Position numbers and translations under genes: made by a program. The notes under the pieces are model-generated. The model searched no databases. It was not told the DNA's origin and saw nothing but the letters and a program-made list of their open reading frames with translations. Of a stretch of 64,000 bases of DNA, positions 56,817 through 64,000 are shown one piece after another. The DNA is from an uncultured delta proteobacterium (GTDB lineage: Bacteria > Desulfobacterota > Syntrophorhabdia > Syntrophorhabdales > WCHB1-27): positions 140 through 64,139 of the forward strand of contig CAVVNC010000029.1 in assembly GCA_963749525.1 (NCBI GenBank), given 5' to 3'. Position 1 is the first letter of the stretch. The number at the start of each line of letters is the position of its first letter.

Positions 56817-57740
56817 TCCGGTATCTCTTCTCCTTCAGCTCCTCCACGGAAAGTTCGAGCAGCTCCCCGAGGTGTCTCTCCAGGGCCCTGCCCACGTTCC
56901 GGAATGTCTCCTCGTGGTCCCTGTGGGCTCCGCCGAAAGGCTCGACTATGATCTCGTCGATGACGCCGAGCCGGTAGAGGTCCTGGGCCGTCGGTTTCAA
57001 TATGTCCGCGGTGTGGGCAGCCCTCGAGCTGTCCTCTTTCATGACGCCGATATAGCCCTCAGGGGAGATGACGGAATAGATCGAATGCTCCAGCATCCCT
57101 ATCCTGTCGCCCACGCCTATGGCGAGGGCGCCTCCGGACATGCCCTCTCCGATCACCGTGACGATCACGGGCATAGACAGGGCGAACATATACTCTATGT
57201 TCGATGCTATGGCTTCTGCCTGGCCGCGCTCTTCCGCGCCGATGCCGGGAAAGGCGCCCGGTGTGTCGATGAAGCAGAAGAGGGGAAGGCGCCACCTGTC
57301 GGCCAGTTCCATGATCCTCCGGGCCTTCCTGTACCCTTCCGGGTTGACCATGCCGAAGTTCCTTTGCGCCATCTCCCGGAGGCCGTTCCCTTTCTGGTGG
57401 CCGACGATGGCCACGCCACGGCCGTTGAACCTGGCGAAGCCGGTCACGATGGCGGGATCGTCGTTGAACCTCCGGTCTCCGTGGAGCTCAACGAAATCGG
57501 TGCAAAGGTGGCCGACGTAGTCCAGCGTATGGGGCCTATTCACATGACGGGAGAGCTGGAGCCGCTGCCAGTTGCTCATGGTCCCGTAGATCTCCCTTTC
57601 CGCCTTTCGGACCTTATGATGGAGGCCTTCAAGCTCCGAGGCATAGCGGGGATCTTCCACGTCGTGAAACTTCCGTATTTCTTCAATCCTGCGCTCGAGG
57701 GGCTCGAGCTTCCTCTCGAAGTCGAGATAGTATCGTTTCA

Positions 57741-57744
<4 letters not shown>
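56779..57744 (-). CDS. accA: acetyl-CoA carboxylase carboxyltransferase subunit alpha
   Basis: LDFERKLEPLERRIEEIR...RHVNRPHTLDY...FIDTPGAFPGIGAEERGQ are AccA signatures. Confidence 0.9.
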
Positions 57745-61175
<3,431 letters not shown>

Positions 61176-61176
61176 T

Positions 61177-62739
61177 CTATTCCCACTCTATCGTGCTCGG
61201 CGGCTTCGACGATATGTCGAGGACCACCCGGTTGACGCCCGGCACCTCGTTGATGATCCTGCGCGAGACCACGTCGAGCACTTCATAGGGAAGGCGAGCC
61301 CAGTCAGCGGTCATGCCGTCCTGGCTTTCGACCGCGCGCACCGCTATGACATGGGCATAGGTCCGCTCGTCCCCCATGACCCCCACGGTCCTGATGGGTA
61401 TGAGGATGGCGAAGGACTGCCAAATGTGGCCGAAATCTGCCTTCCGCTCGATCTCTTCCCGGATGATATGGTCCGCCTCCTGGAGCATGCGGACCTTCTC
61501 CCGCGTGACCTCCCCGATCATCCTGATGGCGAGCCCGGGGCCGGGGAACGGCTGCCTGTGGACCACGTGGTCGGGCAGGCCCAGCTCCTTCCCCACTATC
61601 CTCACCTCATCCTTGAAAAGCTCCCTGAGGGGCTCGATGAGCTTCAGCCTCATCCGCTTTGGCAGGCCGCCGACGTTGTGATGGCTCTTGATGGTGGCCG
61701 AGGGCCCCTTGAAAGAGACGCTCTCTATCACGTCCGGATAGAGCGTGCCCTGGGCGAGGTATCGCACGTCGCCAAGTTTCAGGGCCTCTTCCTCGAAAAC
61801 CTTGATGAATGTCCGGCCGATGATCTTACGCTTCCTCTCGGGATCCCTCACGCCCTTCAGGGCGGTCAGGAACCTCTCTTCCCCGTCGACGTATTGGACG
61901 TTCAAGTGAAGCCGGTCCTTGAAAAGGTCGAGCACTTCCTGGGCTTCGTTCTTCCTGAGCACGCCGTTGTTCACGAAGACGCAGGTCAGCCTTGAGCCTA
62001 TTGCCCTGTGGACGAGGGCGGCAACGACCGAGGAGTCGACGCCGCCGCTGAGAGCGCAGACTACTTGTCCGTCTCCCACCTCGGCCCGTATCAGTGCCGT
62101 GGTCCGCTCTATGAAAGAGCGCGTGGAGAAAAGGCCTTTCGCCTTGCATATGTTGTAGAGGAAGTTCCTCAGGATCACCTTGCCCTTCGGCGTGTGGTGG
62201 ACCTCAGGGTGGAACTGGACCCCGTATATGGTGCCTTTCTCGTTCCTGATGGCGGCGAAAGGGGAGTTCTCCGAGTGGGCCAGGGTCCTGAAACCCGCCG
62301 GCATGGTCATGATGGCGTCCCCGTGGCTCATCCAGATGGTATCGCCGTTTTCCATGCCCTCGAGGAGGCCGTCCGCGACATCGATGAAGATGTGTGCCCT
62401 GCCGTACTCGCGCTTCTCCGATCGCTCGACCGTGCCGCCATTGACCTTTGCCATGAGCTGTACGCCATAGCAGATGCCGAGTATGGGGACTCCCATGTCG
62501 AAGACTCCGGGGTCGCACACGGGTGCGTCCGCGTCATTGACGCTCGCCGGTCCGCCGGAAAGGATAATGCCCACGGGGTTGAGCGATCGCAGGCGCTCCG
62601 CCTTTATGTTGTAAGGGAATATCTCGCAATAGACATTGAGCTCCCTCACCTTCCGCGCGATCAACTGGGTGTACTGGGAGCCGAAATCGAGGACTGCGAC
62701 GATTTCAGTGTGATAGTCGCGCACGCCGTTCATGGCCAA
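61177..62739 (-). CDS. guaA: GMP synthase (glutamine-hydrolysing)
   Basis: GATase domain (ILGICYG...HPE), ATP-PPase SGGVDSS, and the C-terminal PPSTIEWE. Confidence 0.95.
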   Translation of the reverse strand: MAMNGVRDYHTEIVAVLDFGSQYTQLIARKVRELNVYCEIFPYNIKAERLRSLNPVGIILSGGPASVNDADAPVCDPGVFDMGVPILGICYGVQLMAKVNGGTVERSEKREYGRAHIFIDVADGLLEGMENGDTIWMSHGDAIMTMPAGFRTLAHSENSPFAAIRNEKGTIYGVQFHPEVHHTPKGKVILRNFLYNICKAKGLFSTRSFIERTTALIRAEVGDGQVVCALSGGVDSSVVAALVHRAIGSRLTCVFVNNGVLRKNEAQEVLDLFKDRLHLNVQYVDGEERFLTALKGVRDPERKRKIIGRTFIKVFEEEALKLGDVRYLAQGTLYPDVIESVSFKGPSATIKSHHNVGGLPKRMRLKLIEPLRELFKDEVRIVGKELGLPDHVVHRQPFPGPGLAIRMIGEVTREKVRMLQEADHIIREEIERKADFGHIWQSFAILIPIRTVGVMGDERTYAHVIAVRAVESQDGMTADWARLPYEVLDVVSRRIINEVPGVNRVVLDISSKPPSTIEWE

Positions 62740-62746
62740 GCCCCTT

Positions 62747-64000
62747 TTACTCGATCCTGTAGTTCGGAGCTTCCTTGGTGATCATCACGTCGTGTACGTG
62801 GCTTTCCTTCAGGCCGGCGTTCGTGATCCTGAGGAACCTGGCCTTCGTCCTCAGCTCTTCGAGGCTGGCGCAGCCGAGGTAGCCCATGCCCGAGCGCAGG
62901 CCCCCGATGAGCTGGTGGAGCGTAAAAGAGAGGGAGCCTCTGTAAGGGACCCTGCCTTCGATCCCTTCAGGCACGATCTTCGACTCCACCTCGTCCTCGC
63001 GAACGTTGTAGCGGTCCCTCGTCTTGCCTTCTTTCATGGCATCGAGGGAGCCCATGCCCCGGTACATCTTGTAGGTCCTGCCCTGGTAGAGCACCATCTC
63101 CCCCGGGGTCTCGTCGGTTCCCGCAAAAAGGTTGCCGATCATGACCACGTCCGCCCCGGCTGCTATCGCCTTGGTGATGTCTCCCGAGAACTTGATGCCT
63201 CCGTCGGCGATCACCGGGACGCCCCGCTTCCTCGCCTCCCTGGCGGCCCCGAGGATGGCGGTGATCTGGGGGACCCCTATGCCTGCCACGATCCTCGTGG
63301 TGCAGATGGAGCCTGGCCCCACCCCAATCTTCACCGCGTCGCACCCTGCGTCAATGAGGGCACGGCACCCCTCTTCAGTGGCGATGTTCCCCCCGATGAT
63401 CTGGAGTGACGGGAAGGCGCCCCTGACGGCTTGAATCGATTCTATCACGTTCTTCGAATGGCCGTGGGCAGTGTCCACGACGATGACGTCGCACCCCGCT
63501 TTGACCAGGGCATCGACCCGGGCATCCCTGTCAGAGCCGGTCCCTATGGCTGCCCCGACCCTCAGCCTGCCGAGGGAGTCTTTGCAGGCAGTAGGGTACT
63601 TGATGACCTTTTCTATGTCCTTTATGGTGATGAGTCCCTTCAGGTTGTATTCCTTATCGACCACGAGGAGCTTCTCGATCTTGTGACGGTGGAGCACCCT
63701 CTTCGACTCTTCGAGGCTGATGCCCTCTTCGACCGTGACGAGGTTCTCCTTGGTCATCACGTCCTCTACCTTCTGCTCCAGGTTCGTCTCGAACCTCAGG
63801 TCCCTGTTCGTGATGATGCCGACGAGCTTCCTTCCCCGGGTGACCGGGATGCCCGAGATCCGGTACCGCGCCATGAGATCGAGGACGTCCTTGATCTGCT
63901 GGTCCGGCGATATGACGATGGGGTCGACGATCATGCCGCTCTCGGATTTCTTTACCTGCTCCACTTCCTGGGCCTGCGCCTCAACCCCTAAGTTACGGTG
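62747..64000 (-). CDS. guaB: IMP dehydrogenase, N-terminus beyond window end
   Basis: The frame is open to base 64000 (...[24 protein letters not shown]). It has a CBS pair, the catalytic [11 protein letters not shown] loop, and the C-terminal ITKEAPNY. Confidence 0.9.
   Translation of the reverse strand, partial: HRNLGVEAQAQEVEQVKKSESGMIVDPIVISPDQQIKDVLDLMARYRISGIPVTRGRKLVGIITNRDLRFETNLEQKVEDVMTKENLVTVEEGISLEESKRVLHRHKIEKLLVVDKEYNLKGLITIKDIEKVIKYPTACKDSLGRLRVGAAIGTGSDRDARVDALVKAGCDVIVVDTAHGHSKNVIESIQAVRGAFPSLQIIGGNIATEEGCRALIDAGCDAVKIGVGPGSICTTRIVAGIGVPQITAILGAAREARKRGVPVIADGGIKFSGDITKAIAAGADVVMIGNLFAGTDETPGEMVLYQGRTYKMYRGMGSLDAMKEGKTRDRYNVREDEVESKIVPEGIEGRVPYRGSLSFTLHQLIGGLRSGMGYLGCASLEELRTKARFLRITNAGLKESHVHDVMITKEAPNYRIE

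Overview
GC-rich bacterial chromosome segment. Gene content suggests an anaerobic Desulfobacterota ('deltaproteobacterial') lineage, but that is inference only. I saw no rRNA, tRNA or CRISPR array.

Part 1 (1-46.7 kb) is a mosaic accessory region. It contains:
- a trihydroxybenzene (pyrogallol/phloroglucinol-type) fermentation cluster: cyclase, SDR, 3-hydroxyacyl-CoA-DH-like gene, pyrogallol-hydroxytransferase-like Mo enzyme alpha/beta, ADP-forming acyl-CoA synthetase, BKACE;
- a Liv-type ABC transporter;
- a translationally coupled NAPRTase-DUF3842-CooT operon;
- MarC;
- an MFS gene split by an IS630 element;
- ADH, AKR/Fe-S and cytoplasmic Mo-oxidoreductase genes;
- an IS110-family element;
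- a patch of small genes (csp, GYD, a receiver remnant);
- a 1,447-aa double-activase/DUF2229 fusion next to a membrane desaturase;
- two hypothetical genes;
- a Cpx-like two-component/periplasmic module bracketed by a duplicated 5' region of an anaerobic sulfatase-maturase (anSME) gene.

Part 2 (46.8-64 kb) holds core genes: hemC, hemA, a ccsA-like gene, acyP, a second 1,388-aa activase fusion, a CNNM/CorC transporter, accA, dnaE, guaA and guaB (partial).

Main points for a second look:
- A DsbA/FrnE-like gene has an in-frame TGA at the CxxC cysteine and a SECIS-like hairpin, so it is a probable selenoprotein.
- At least 16 single-base frameshifts plus one 73-bp insertion are confined to a few accessory genes, while about 30 kb of long ORFs elsewhere are intact.
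- A modular interspersed intergenic repeat family occurs at four loci.
- Two cases show tandem duplication of a gene's 3' end.
- A 0.65-kb direct duplication with an identity gradient flanks a 5.5-kb module.
- Two giant paralogous activase-fusion proteins have unknown function.
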